Source: a virus | Virus record (IMG/VR): IMGVR_UViG_3300028586_000750 | Length of the DNA stretch: 64,000 bases | Reading direction: 5' to 3' (one strand) | Shown here: piece by piece, positions 19,604-29,526 of the stretch | Layout: every line of letters starts with the position of its first letter | Position numbering within the stretch: the stretch's first letter is position 1 | Notes under the pieces: generated by a model | Seen by the model: the letters and a program-made list of their open reading frames with translations, nothing else | Database searches by the model: none | What the model was told of the DNA's origin: nothing | Translations under genes and position numbers: made by a program

Positions 19604-19921
19604 TTACTTCACTCGGTAGATTGAGTGTCCAGTCTCTTCACCATGCCAGTCAGCAACGATAAGAACGTCGTGACGGTCATCCTCTAGGAAGCGACCCCAT
19701 GTTCCGTCGCCTCCGTGGGAAGCGGTACGGCGCTTGATGTGACGACGGCCCGTACCGTACCACTCGTTACCAAGGCGAGACTGCTCCACAGTGGTTCCGA
19801 CCCAAACGTAATCAACTCCGTAGCTGTTCTCTACGTAGTGAACAATTGTGTCACCGGGCTTGATATCCGCGAACGCGACACTCTCAGTGTCAATCTTCTC
19901 TTTGTCAAACTGAAACAGCAT
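19604..19921 (-). CDS. Hypothetical protein
   Basis: 105 aa, bounded by a terminator. Confidence 0.65.
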   Translation of the reverse strand: MLFQFDKEKIDTESVAFADIKPGDTIVHYVENSYGVDYVWVGTTVEQSRLGNEWYGTGRRHIKRRTASHGGDGTWGRFLEDDRHDVLIVADWHGEETGHSIYRVK

Positions 19922-20067
19922 TGTATTTCTTTCTAAGTAAGGGGAACAACGATTACTTAGATGCTACACCATTTACTTGAAACTCACAAGCTTTTGTCCT
20001 TATTTAGACATGAAGTTGAAGAAGATATTCCATTGATATTTTAGGCTATTCATGGTAATGTTGATAC

Positions 20068-20322
20068 ATGGGTACTATTATCAATAAACATGATGCTTCC
20101 GAAATCTTTGAAGTCCTTGATAGGGTTTGGGAAGATGCAGGCGACGAGGGATATTCCCGCGAAAGCAAAGTAGCTTTCATCGGTGCTGCGGCAACCATTA
20201 TGGCTTCTGTTGAAGCTGCTCGTTTGAATTCTTTAGCCGAAATTGCTAAATCACCTGCGGTTCTTCGTGACCCTAAGCTAATGGCTAATATTTTAAAAGA
20301 ACTTGGCGTTAACGAAAATTAA
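20068..20322 (+). CDS. Hypothetical protein (leaderless; paralog of 8591-8851)
   Basis: TAATGT-6nt-ATG. Confidence 0.75.
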   Translation: MGTIINKHDASEIFEVLDRVWEDAGDEGYSRESKVAFIGAAATIMASVEAARLNSLAEIAKSPAVLRDPKLMANILKELGVNEN

Positions 20323-21188
20323 GTTCTAGCCAAATTTGTACTGAACAACATGAGTACGTTACCTAACACACGGTCAGCGTCTTCTGGTGCTGTAGCGTTT
20401 TCCAGCACCAGGTTCTCTTCTGTTTTTAGCCAGAAACGTGATGAACCCCCACCATCTAAATTAAGCATTACTTCTAAGTCTAAATAAAGACCAATTTCTT
20501 GCAAGTCCAGTAATGTCAAACCTTTACTATTTCCGGCCCCTTCACCTTCTGCGATAACGAAGACTAGATTGCCATTCTTTTTGCTTCCTACTACTGTCCT
20601 TGCATGCTGCTGTAGTCCGTGACCTAAGAAACTTGGTGGGTTGATAGTTCCTGTAGGGACTGGTGCCATTTCTTCTTCCGGCAGAGTTAAAAACTTTCCT
20701 TGGTCAATCAACAAAGGACGAGAATTGAGGATGTACTTGCTCTTCAAATCAGGCTTTGTGGTGATAGACCACACTTTGTCTTGATTGCGTTCTAAGTAGC
20801 CATTCAACTCTGGGTAAACAGTGTCATCGTATAAGTGTTGACGAATTTTAACCGTACCTACTGGGTCGCCTACGTGGTAATTGTCATGCTGCCAATCGTA
20901 AAAGTTTTTACGGTAATGGGAGTATGTTCCGTTGACTGCTAGACGTAAATCAGTTTGGGAAGCAATAAGCTCGTCCAGTGTTCCACCTTCACCTTGGTGA
21001 TTATTCACTTGGTCCGGTTTTAGCGCTTCTGATGCTTTAGACGCAATTAGTTTTAAGTGCACAAGCTTTTGGTCGTACTCTATGACGTGAACAATGCTGC
21101 TCTCTTGCGGACTTGTTTCTACCTCTATCTGCTGGTATCGAAGACCATCCAATTTGTTGTCTATTTGTAGACGTGTGTGCAACTTCAT
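20319..21188 (-). CDS. Phosphodiester glycosidase family protein (NAGPA/DUF2233-like)
   Basis: AVNG...ARTVVG...LVFVIAEG...GLTL...LNLDGGGSS motif set. Confidence 0.8.
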   Translation of the reverse strand: MKLHTRLQIDNKLDGLRYQQIEVETSPQESSIVHVIEYDQKLVHLKLIASKASEALKPDQVNNHQGEGGTLDELIASQTDLRLAVNGTYSHYRKNFYDWQHDNYHVGDPVGTVKIRQHLYDDTVYPELNGYLERNQDKVWSITTKPDLKSKYILNSRPLLIDQGKFLTLPEEEMAPVPTGTINPPSFLGHGLQQHARTVVGSKKNGNLVFVIAEGEGAGNSKGLTLLDLQEIGLYLDLEVMLNLDGGGSSRFWLKTEENLVLENATAPEDADRVLGNVLMLFSTNLART

Positions 21189-21534
21189 GATGTTAAATCA
21201 ATCGGCGTTGAAGTGCTCGTTCTATGCTGCTTTGCTGTGCGAGAAACAGGGTTAAAAACTTTGGTCCTTTTTTAGACATGTCATGTTGCTTGATTTTGAA
21301 TGCTTTTTGGGGTAAGCTTAATACTGAACCAACCGGAGTTACACTACCCCTGCCATTTTATTCACAATATGGTCCTTGAAAGGTAGTAGATGGGAAAAGA
21401 CACTTCTAGCTGATGAAGGATCACTGTTCGGATCTAGATTCATGCTTTCGTTTTGTAGTGTGTTAAAAACTTTGATAGTCCCAACAAGTAATGGCCTCAC
21501 CAGAATTAACTGGTGAGGCCATTACTTGTTTAAT

Positions 21535-21840
21535 TCAGATGCTTCGCACGTAAGAGTTCAGCAGAAACGCTTCCTCAGCGGAGACTTCGGACTTAAAGCT
21601 GGTGCGAGCTACGGTAAGCTCAACCTCTCCCGACAGGCGAGGCGTGACCGTGAAACGGAGGTTACCAGTTTCTTCGGTCCACTTGTATTCCTGGTAAGCA
21701 TCGCCATAGGAGGACACGTCAAGAATTCCCTTGATGAAAGCAACACGGTCAGCCTTGCTGATGCTGCAAGCGGTCAGGATTTGGGTAAGAGCAACGGTCT
21801 GAACTTCGGTGAAGATGATGGGCTTCATACGGTTCGTCAT
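21535..21840 (-). CDS. Hypothetical protein
   Basis: TTGGAGAACAAC-ATG. Confidence 0.7.
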   Translation of the reverse strand: MTNRMKPIIFTEVQTVALTQILTACSISKADRVAFIKGILDVSSYGDAYQEYKWTEETGNLRFTVTPRLSGEVELTVARTSFKSEVSAEEAFLLNSYVRSI

Positions 21841-21971
21841 GTTGTTCTCCAAGTTTTTTAGGAAGAAGACTGTGGCTTCCTCTCTTGATCAATAGCTTAA
21901 CACTCTGTGGCACTTGATGCAACAAGGAAGCGCACGAACTTTTTAAAGTTCGTGCGCTTCCTTGTTTAGAA

Positions 21972-22196
21972 TTAATTGAGCTTGACGTGCTTTCCGTCAC
22001 CTTTGTAGTTGCTACCAACCGCTATTAGCCACGAGGCAAGCGCGCTGTAGACAAGGATTAGAACAACGTTTAGCGCAACGTCAAACAACGTCTGGCTTTC
22101 AACGGCATCGCGGATGTGTCCAAAACCTCGGTAGAATAGTTGGGCACCAAAAACGCAGGTGATAAGGAACAGGTGACGGGTAATGAACTTTTCCAT
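21972..22196 (-). CDS. Two-TM membrane protein
   Basis: GGGAGA RBS; hydrophobic. Confidence 0.7.
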   Translation of the reverse strand: MEKFITRHLFLITCVFGAQLFYRGFGHIRDAVESQTLFDVALNVVLILVYSALASWLIAVGSNYKGDGKHVKLN

Positions 22197-22218
22197 TATT
22201 TTTTCTCCCTAAACGAGG

Positions 22219-22455
22219 TTATACTTTGTGTCGCTTGCGCATTGAAATGTAGAAGAGCACTACACCTAGGATTACTATAGCAGCAAGTAGACCAGTAAGC
22301 AAAGGGTTATATTGCCAAGTGATAATTCCAATTTCGAAGTTGGAAGTTAGAAGAGTTCTACCGGATTTGCTAAGCGCCACCATGCTAAGAAATAAGCTGG
22401 ATAGCCCGCCTACCATGACCAGGATGAACCCTACGATTGCGTAAGGAAATTTCAT
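22219..22455 (-). CDS. Two-TM membrane protein
   Basis: TTGGAGAATA RBS; hydrophobic with a basic tail. Confidence 0.7.
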   Translation of the reverse strand: MKFPYAIVGFILVMVGGLSSLFLSMVALSKSGRTLLTSNFEIGIITWQYNPLLTGLLAAIVILGVVLFYISMRKRHKV

Positions 22456-22558
22456 TATTCTCCAAAGTTAGGTTATTTTAACTTTACATGATTATTGAGT
22501 AAAAAGCAAATAGGTAAAGCCCCTCGCCTAGATAGTGAGGGGCTTTACCTATTTCAGG

Positions 22559-22726
22559 TTACCAACCGTAGTTGATTGCAACCTTCTTGTTGACCGAGCG
22601 GGGACGCTTGCGGTCCTCGCGGCTTTCCTGGGGAGAGGCAGCAGCGGAAGAGTTCAGGCCGTGCATCGCCTGCGACAGGGGCAGGTTGGAGTGGTTGCGG
22701 TGCTTCTTCGCCTTGTTCTGAGCCAT
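22559..22726 (-). CDS. Small basic peptide
   Basis: GGGAGAACATC-ATG behind the conserved leader module. Confidence 0.65.
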   Translation of the reverse strand: MAQNKAKKHRNHSNLPLSQAMHGLNSSAAASPQESREDRKRPRSVNKKVAINYGW

Positions 22727-22915
22727 GATGTTCTCCCTGAAACTGTGTGGCTTGGGCTGTTCCCTTGCCGTTGGTTCAAGTATACACAGATGTGTCATGC
22801 TGTGCAACACGGTGAAGCAACAATTTCTAACTTATTTTGAAACGGTCTTGGGAAAAGACAAGCCTTAGGCCCTAGCTAAAAACTTAGCTAGGGCCTAAGG
22901 CTGAGGCGGTTGAAG

Positions 22916-23077
22916 TTAAGCGTTCACGTTTGCGTCGTACTCTGCATCACGCGTGGCCTCGGTCCACACGTCAAAAGCAGCGTCGTTGTAGACCGCGACA
23001 GCAGCAGGGGTAGGCTCGTCCTTAATTCCCTGCGCAAGAAGGATATCGCGGACAATTTCCTTGTCTGACTTTGCCAT
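22916..23077 (-). CDS. Small acidic peptide
   Basis: TTGGAG RBS; MAKSDKEIVRDILLAQG... Confidence 0.6.
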   Translation of the reverse strand: MAKSDKEIVRDILLAQGIKDEPTPAAVAVYNDAAFDVWTEATRDAEYDANVNA

Positions 23078-23103
23078 AATATTTTACTCCAAGTTCTAAG
23101 TTA

Positions 23104-23286
23104 TTAGGAAGCGATGTGCTTCTGGTTCGCACGACGAATGTCGGACGTGATGAAGGAAGCGGTGGAAGCACCAGCGAACAGGACGGTGAGGACGCCAGCG
23201 AGGAAGCTCTCAGTGACACCCGTGTAGATGCCGACGACAACCGCTGCGAGGACGAAGATGACTGCCAGGCGGAAGAAGGTGTCCAT
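23104..23286 (-). CDS. Small two-TM membrane protein
   Basis: TAGGAGCACATC-ATG behind the conserved leader module. Confidence 0.75.
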   Translation of the reverse strand: MDTFFRLAVIFVLAAVVVGIYTGVTESFLAGVLTVLFAGASTASFITSDIRRANQKHIAS

Positions 23287-23423
23287 GATGTGCTCCTAAA
23301 TCTGTGTGGCTTGGGCTGTTCCCTTGCCGTTGGTTCAAGTATGGCACGCTCTATCGCAGCGCGCAACACCTAGACGAAAAATTTTTGGAAGAAATTAAGT
23401 CTGCGTGAGGTTTTGGAAGTTGG

Positions 23424-23657
23424 TTAGCGGGTGGGCTTGACGTAGTTGGCGGGGAAGCCGTTCCAGTCGGAAGCCTCAGCACCAACCTCAAGGACCGGAC
23501 GGGCCTCGTTGATGATAAGGTGATTGTGAATCATCTTCTCTTTGCGGTCCTGCTTCATGAAGTCTTCGGCAGCCTTCTTGTTCTTGAAGTGACCGAGGAA
23601 CCTGAAAGGCATGTCCAGCCAGTTCGAGTAAACCGAGTAACCGTTCTTCTTAGCCAT
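23424..23657 (-). CDS. Hypothetical protein
   Basis: GGGAGAACATC-ATG behind the conserved leader module. Confidence 0.7.
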   Translation of the reverse strand: MAKKNGYSVYSNWLDMPFRFLGHFKNKKAAEDFMKQDRKEKMIHNHLIINEARPVLEVGAEASDWNGFPANYVKPTR

Positions 23658-23819
23658 GATGTTCTCCCAGAAGCTGTGTGGTTTGGGCTGTTCCCTTGCC
23701 GTTAATAGAAGCATACACATGTTGAGCAGGATGCGCAACTACGAACGGAAAATTTTTGTCTAAAAATAGACAACAGCCTCTTACCTTAAAAAATAGGTAA
23801 GAGGCTGTTGGAAGTGGAG

Positions 23820-24074
23820 TTAGTTAGAGCTTACGAGAGTGTCTACCATCACGATAGTACCATCCATAGCAGCGGAGGTAGAAGCAATAAGCTTATACCC
23901 CACCGTTGCGGAAAACTCAAGAAGTTCTGCACGCTCGCGCATTGCACCTTCCCTACGGACGGGCGTAAAGGTGGTTGTCACGATACGGTGTGTCTCGTTA
24001 GGCGATTCCTGCACTAGTGTGTAGATGTTCTTAGGACGGGTGCCGCAAGAAGATGCAGTGTAAAGACGGTCCAT
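23820..24074 (-). CDS. Hypothetical protein (similar to 24471-24731)
   Basis: GYKL...VDTLV motif shared. Confidence 0.65.
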   Translation of the reverse strand: MDRLYTASSCGTRPKNIYTLVQESPNETHRIVTTTFTPVRREGAMRERAELLEFSATVGYKLIASTSAAMDGTIVMVDTLVSSN

Positions 24075-24150
24075 GATGTTTCCAATCGTTTTAGGAAGAA
24101 AAGGTGTTGTTACAACAATACTGGTTTGGTATAACTAATGCAAGTGCTTC

Positions 24151-24399
24151 TTACTTCTTTTCCGAAAGCTGTGTACCGTACTTCATGTGAAGCATGTAAT
24201 CCTTGACCACATCAGCTTTCCCCTCCACCGTGACAATGAAGTAGCCGTTTCCGAACGGAACCGTCATGCCGGGGGCCAGAGTAATAAAGCCACGGCTGTT
24301 GGGCTTAGTGCGGTTTACCGTAGCATCAGTGGTGCGGAGGAACATGTTGATTTGCTCTTCGGTGGCCCCATCCGTGGGAAGGGTATCAATGTTCGTCAT
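24151..24399 (-). CDS. Hypothetical protein
   Basis: TTGGAG RBS; 82 aa. Confidence 0.7.
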   Translation of the reverse strand: MTNIDTLPTDGATEEQINMFLRTTDATVNRTKPNSRGFITLAPGMTVPFGNGYFIVTVEGKADVVKDYMLHMKYGTQLSEKK

Positions 24400-24470
24400 G
24401 ACTACTCCAAGGGCTAGGTGGCTTGCTTTCTAACTAAAGCCTACCACTATTTGGAGCAGTTAGGGAGCGG

Positions 24471-24731
24471 TTATTCAAAATTTAGGACAAGTGTGTCCAC
24501 AATGCGGTTTTTCACCGTGGACCCATTCACGATAATTTCACTCATTGAGGTTGTAGTTAGCTTATATCCATTGCTGATATATTCGGATAGAGCAGCAACC
24601 CTCTCATTCAACATAGTATCGTATGCGGACGGAGAAGAATTTACAGAAATTAATGTAACAACTACTGGTTTCGCTTCTTTATCCATTTCATGGAAGATTG
24701 CTTTTACATATTGCGAAATTTGATTTTGCAT
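24471..24731 (-). CDS. Hypothetical protein (similar to 23820-24074)
   Basis: GYKL...IVDTLV. Confidence 0.65.
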   Translation of the reverse strand: MQNQISQYVKAIFHEMDKEAKPVVVTLISVNSSPSAYDTMLNERVAALSEYISNGYKLTTTSMSEIIVNGSTVKNRIVDTLVLNFE

Positions 24732-24782
24732 GATTGTTTGTTCTTTCTAAGAAGAGCTTGATTACATTAAGGACGGACGTTT

Positions 24783-25082
24783 TTACTTAGCTTCTGCGTC
24801 AAAGAAATCTCCGACACTGAACTTGTCATAGGTGGTTTTGTCTACGCACTGGTAACCGGTGTCTTTGTCCTTGGAAGCCTGGTCAATAAGCTCAAAGCAG
24901 TAATCTTCGTCATCTGTGTGCCACGTTGTGATAGGCACCTTTCCAGCCATAGTGGTAGTGGCATAGCGACGCTCAGGCTCCACCACCTTGCCTGTGATAG
25001 TTCCGGCAGAAATGCCAACACAACCGGTGAGAGCGAAAGCGCTAATCAGGGTGAGGCCAATAAGAGTAAGAGTTTTCTTCAT
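24783..25082 (-). CDS. Putative lipoprotein
   Basis: MKK + hydrophobic stretch + LTGC lipobox; ends with YDKFSVGDFF. Confidence 0.75.
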   Translation of the reverse strand: MKKTLTLIGLTLISAFALTGCVGISAGTITGKVVEPERRYATTTMAGKVPITTWHTDDEDYCFELIDQASKDKDTGYQCVDKTTYDKFSVGDFFDAEAK

Positions 25083-25174
25083 AGGAAAAATATAGCACAA
25101 GTTTTCGCCACCTGCAACAAAAAGACGAATTCCCCGTAGTTTAATGGCTACGGGGAATTCGTCTTTTTGTTGCT

Positions 25175-25390
25175 TTAAATCTCGTCTATGGGAATGGAGT
25201 AAAGAGCCTTCACTTCTTCTTCACTGTACAGTGGACGAATTGTGCGCTGAAAAGCTGTGCAAGCGTTCAGAGGAAGATACTCGTCTGACCAGTCTTGCGC
25301 TTCTTTTAGAGTCATGTTCTCGGGGTTGTGGTTCTTACCGAACATGATACCGAAACGTATTTCCTGTGCTTTAGCGGTAGAAATCTTCAT
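25175..25390 (-). CDS. Hypothetical protein
   Basis: 71-aa ORF, bounded by a terminator. Confidence 0.6.
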   Translation of the reverse strand: MKISTAKAQEIRFGIMFGKNHNPENMTLKEAQDWSDEYLPLNACTAFQRTIRPLYSEEEVKALYSIPIDEI

Positions 25391-25815
25391 GAGCTATATC
25401 CAAACGATTAGGTGGAAGCGAATAGCTTTACTCTATCCCACTGCAATGAGAAAAGTCAAGCTTAGACACGTTTTTGAGGAATTTAGCGTTCAAGCTTTCG
25501 CTCTGCGATTGCTGCAAGAATTGCGTCACTACGGCGAATAGCATTGTTATTACCGTTAGACTTGAAACCCATCTTAACCCGTGCAAAGAAGGTTTGTGGT
25601 TTACGGCAAAACCTGGTGAAGACAAGCGGCATGATTTTCCAAAGGATGTTGTAATTGACTATTAGATAAAGCTTACGTTATTTTCGGCTATAAAGCAACA
25701 ACCTTTTGGAAAAAGACGCAAAATTATAGGTTATTGCACCTGCTTTTTAGTTGCGAAAAAGCTCTAGGACGTGATACCTTTAGGTTATTCATCCACTTCT
25801 GAGTAAAGGCTAAAA

Positions 25816-26151
25816 ATGTTTGCACGCACTTTCCCTCACTCTTCTGGCACGATTGTCATTGACAGCAGCGCTACCCGCTTCCTGAAGACGACTTTTACCA
25901 ATACGTTCTTTGGCATAATTAAGGCCAGCCTTAGCGACCTTGGCCACTCTTCTTTCCCCAGCGAAACGTATGAGCGTGTCACCATCACGGTTGAGCTTGA
26001 CCTGTTAAGCGAAGGACACATTGTAACCATTAGTAACCGCAAGGCTACTCACAATTATGCTATGACGGGGTACCAGGCTTCCAGCATTCTTTCTCACCTG
26101 TCTGTTTATCACAAGCACGAGCTTGCTGCATCACGCCGTCTTGTTAGCTAA
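25816..26151 (+). CDS. Hypothetical protein
   Basis: AAAGG RBS; 111 aa. Confidence 0.65.
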   Translation: MFARTFPHSSGTIVIDSSATRFLKTTFTNTFFGIIKASLSDLGHSSFPSETYERVTITVELDLLSEGHIVTISNRKATHNYAMTGYQASSILSHLSVYHKHELAASRRLVS

Positions 26152-26513
26152 TTAAAGATAAACTTTGGCCCTACACGAGATGAGTGTAGGGCCAAAGTTT
26201 TTAAGGCAAAACTAGAAGAAGCCCTCACTTAATTGTGAGGGCTTCTTCTAGTTTCCTAGCTGTTCCTTGTAGCTGATGTTCGCTGCGTTCTGCTTGCGAA
26301 CTCGGATGGACTTCTTAACGGGGGTGTTAGCCTCGTTCTTCTTGATTGCACGAGTTGCGTGCTTTCCCTTTCGCATAATTACAGTGTATCACAAGAATAA
26401 AGCTTCATGCAAACATCTATTGGGAAAAGACATGAGCCTCACCAGAATTAACTGGTGAGGCTCATATCTACTTTGAAGTGGTATAACTCTACAAGTTTTT
26501 AATTAGCGGAAGA

Positions 26514-26816
26514 TTAGCTCTTCGTGTAATCCCCGTAAACTCCATCCCACTTGGCGCTGTACGCGACCTCACGGGCAATGAAGTTTGCGGCAGATGTAAC
26601 CGCCTCGCCAGGCTCACGAGGAACGCGACGACCGTCAACCTCTTTGTAGAAAGCCATACCAAGCTTCTGGACGCTCACAGAGAAGAACCAGACCTTCTTA
26701 CGAAGCTCAACGCTATCCATGATAGTGCCACGGATGACACGCCAGAAATACTTATCTCCAAGGTCCGGCAGGGTAAGCCCCGCGAGGTTGTAAGTGATGG
26801 TTACTTTGGTGTCCAT
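26514..26816 (-). CDS. Hypothetical protein
   Basis: TAGGAAAAACAC-ATG. Confidence 0.7.
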   Translation of the reverse strand: MDTKVTITYNLAGLTLPDLGDKYFWRVIRGTIMDSVELRKKVWFFSVSVQKLGMAFYKEVDGRRVPREPGEAVTSAANFIAREVAYSAKWDGVYGDYTKS

Positions 26817-26937
26817 GTGTTTTTCCTAAGATTAGGGGCAGCTTTTCTGTCCGTTGAAGTCAACGTTACCTGCCTTAAAGACAGAATGCAAGCTTAAGAC
26901 GAAGAACCTCAGCTAGATTTTAGCTGAGGTTCTTTAC

Positions 26938-27288
26938 TTACTCTGTAAGCTGAGCAAGTGGACGAATGTAGTGTCCAATGTCTTTCATGTGGCGTGCAAT
27001 ATCAGTAACCCTATAAGAGTTTTCCATAAGCTGAGTGTAGAAAACAATCATTACAATGCATGCGTCAAATGTGCCTACAGCGTCAGTAATGCGCTTGAAG
27101 TCTGCGTTGTAGTCTTCGGGGTCAATGTCAGCCGCTTCTTCGGACTGATAGTTAGAAAGTGCGTCTACAGTTTCGTAAAAAGATGCGCTATCGAAAGGAC
27201 TAGTTCTGATGCTGCTTTTGCTAAGTTTAGCGTAGGCATACACGACCCTTTCCGCCGCTGCGATTTCGCTATTACTAATTGTTGTCAT
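26938..27288 (-). CDS. Hypothetical protein
   Basis: GAGGT RBS before MTTISNSE. Confidence 0.65.
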   Translation of the reverse strand: MTTISNSEIAAAERVVYAYAKLSKSSIRTSPFDSASFYETVDALSNYQSEEAADIDPEDYNADFKRITDAVGTFDACIVMIVFYTQLMENSYRVTDIARHMKDIGHYIRPLAQLTE

Positions 27289-27367
27289 TTTATTACCTCT
27301 GAAATAGTTTGGCCAGATACAGTATTTAACTATACCGTATCTGGCCAAGTATTACAACCTGTTAAAT

Positions 27368-27763
27368 TTAGTATCCGACCTTCCAGTAACGGCGGGTCAT
27401 GCCCTTTTTGAGGAGGCTCTTCTGGATGATTGCGCGGTCGGAAGCTCCGTCAGCCCACAGTTCCTGCGAAAGACGGTTGAAAAGCAGTTCGGTCTTCGTA
27501 GCCAGGTCACGGTCAGGACCAGCGATTTCCGTCTTCGCGTCAACGAGCTTGACGGAAACTTCGGGAAGCGGAAGCCACGGGTCGCGGTCAGCGGAAACAA
27601 AAGCGGACACCGGGAGGCTGTTGTAGTGGTCGTAGACCTTCTGAGCCTGAGCCAGGTCGTTGGTCATACCGGAAGCCGGACGAAGCCAGGTGCGGCCACC
27701 CGTGAGCGACAGCAGGACGGTGTAGCGGGGGTTCTTTTCGGTGAAGACCTTGGGGAACGTCAT
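27368..27763 (-). CDS. Hypothetical protein
   Basis: CAGGAAACATC-ATG (MTFPKVFTEK). Confidence 0.7.
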   Translation of the reverse strand: MTFPKVFTEKNPRYTVLLSLTGGRTWLRPASGMTNDLAQAQKVYDHYNSLPVSAFVSADRDPWLPLPEVSVKLVDAKTEIAGPDRDLATKTELLFNRLSQELWADGASDRAIIQKSLLKKGMTRRYWKVGY

Positions 27764-28161
27764 GATGTTTCCTGTCTGTGTGATGTAGCGGGTGGCTGAT
27801 AAGACCAGCATACACATAAGTCCCATTCAAAGCAAACCATTTTTCTAAATATTTTCAGTTGGCATTGAGAGCCACAGTGTGATACAGTTCTTATATAGAG
27901 AAAACAAGACTACATCAAGTTCATGACTTGAAGCGCAAGCTTTAGTACGTTTCTTTGTAAGCTACCTTTCATCCCTTCGCCAATGTAGGGGTCTAGACAA
28001 GAGGGGTAAGTAGTGTGACACAGAGAACTGGCCAGGAACCTGTGTAGCTGGCTTAAAACCATTGGCGCGACTTATGGTTATGGGAAAAGACAATTTATTT
28101 TCCTTCACCCAATCAAAAGAAGCCCCTCACAACCAAGTGAGGGGCTTCTTCATGTTTAATG

Positions 28162-29361
28162 CTAATCTATGACGTTGGACACATGAAACATTTCGCTTTG
28201 CTCTGTCCCAAGCTTAGTGACCCAAATGAATTCACCACAGAACAACGAACTAGCGAATTTATCATTTTCTTGATTGAAAGTTAGTCTGTCAGAATATTCA
28301 GCACTGTAGTCAACAGTAGGAGAAACTACGCTAATCATTATGTTTTTTTGACGGGCAGTTCCAACAAAACTTTTTACTAACTCTTCTTGAAGAAGTTCTT
28401 CGTTAGTTCCAGTTGCTTTGTCTTCTTTGTATGAACGAATATCCACAAAGGCTAAATCTGCTTTAGACACAGTATCGCTTATATATGCTTTGAAGAAAGC
28501 ATGAACTGCGTTTCGTGTTTGCAAATCGAATTCGGCGTACGCGTTAAGATTAAGGGTAGAAAGAATTTCTACTGTGTTATCGCTAATCATTTTAGCTTTG
28601 TCGTTGTATCCAAATAACGCTGAGGCCAATTTGCTTCCATGTAACTGTTCTAGTAAAACGATGAAAGAATTAATGACTGCAATTCTGTCAGATGCTTTCT
28701 CCTTGTTAACTTGTGTTTTAAGCGCTGCTAATAAGTGTTCCATCGTAGGTTTTTCAAAAGAAGACACAGAGGATACAGCTTTCATGAGAATATTGCGTAA
28801 CTGTGTTACATAATATTCTTCGCTATATTGCGTTACGCTAACAAGTAATTCAACAATATTTGTATCACTTATATTCATTTGAAATAAATTAAGCTGACCT
28901 TCTGATAATGCGTTTAAGTCGTTTACTTGATGACCTTCAAATCTGTAATCCATATACAAATCAGCAAGAATTACTGATTTTAAGTTAACACTTGAAGCCA
29001 TATCAGCTAATCCTTGAACAGCAAAGGTTTTTCCACTTCCTGGTTTACCAGAAATATTAATGAAAGGCTTTGTCGTGTTGTTTTTTCTAGAGCGAAGAAC
29101 TAGCTGAGAAAGTGGGCTTGGAATAGAAGCTAAAGTTGTACTTTTTTGAGTAGACGCAGGGTATTTGATGAGTTCGTGTTCCTCTAAAAGGTCACGTAAA
29201 GCAACTTCTGTTGACGTGTTACGGTTTAAGGTGAGGAAGAACGACCCTTGTGGAATTTCAGGATCTGATGAGGTTAGATGAATTGTGTCATCTTTGTGAT
29301 TGTATGAAACGCGAACGTCTTCTAATTCGAGGTAACGACCTCGTTTTGGTTTGTGAACCAT
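28162..29361 (-). CDS. P-loop NTPase, possibly a degenerate VirB4/HerA-FtsK-like fold
   Basis: Walker A GKPGSGKT; no clear hhhhDE Walker B; AT-rich gene. Confidence 0.55.
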   Translation of the reverse strand: MVHKPKRGRYLELEDVRVSYNHKDDTIHLTSSDPEIPQGSFFLTLNRNTSTEVALRDLLEEHELIKYPASTQKSTTLASIPSPLSQLVLRSRKNNTTKPFINISGKPGSGKTFAVQGLADMASSVNLKSVILADLYMDYRFEGHQVNDLNALSEGQLNLFQMNISDTNIVELLVSVTQYSEEYYVTQLRNILMKAVSSVSSFEKPTMEHLLAALKTQVNKEKASDRIAVINSFIVLLEQLHGSKLASALFGYNDKAKMISDNTVEILSTLNLNAYAEFDLQTRNAVHAFFKAYISDTVSKADLAFVDIRSYKEDKATGTNEELLQEELVKSFVGTARQKNIMISVVSPTVDYSAEYSDRLTFNQENDKFASSLFCGEFIWVTKLGTEQSEMFHVSNVID

Positions 29362-29526
29362 AAGGTTATCCTTTGTTAATTGAGTAAACTGGTTTACTGC
29401 CAGCGCAGCCCACCGAAATGGGATTAACTATATTATAGGCTAATATATTATTTTGTCTTAGTTTGGACACAAAACAGCTAAGGCCCCTCACCAGATAGTT
29501 GGTGAGGGGCCTTAGCTGTTTTGTTG

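Noticed and set aside
25474-25665. Cys-rich ORF (CDCCKNC) as a real metal-binding protein
   Set aside because: The apparent RBS lies inside the first codons and no canonical start follows it; cannot be supported without expression data.
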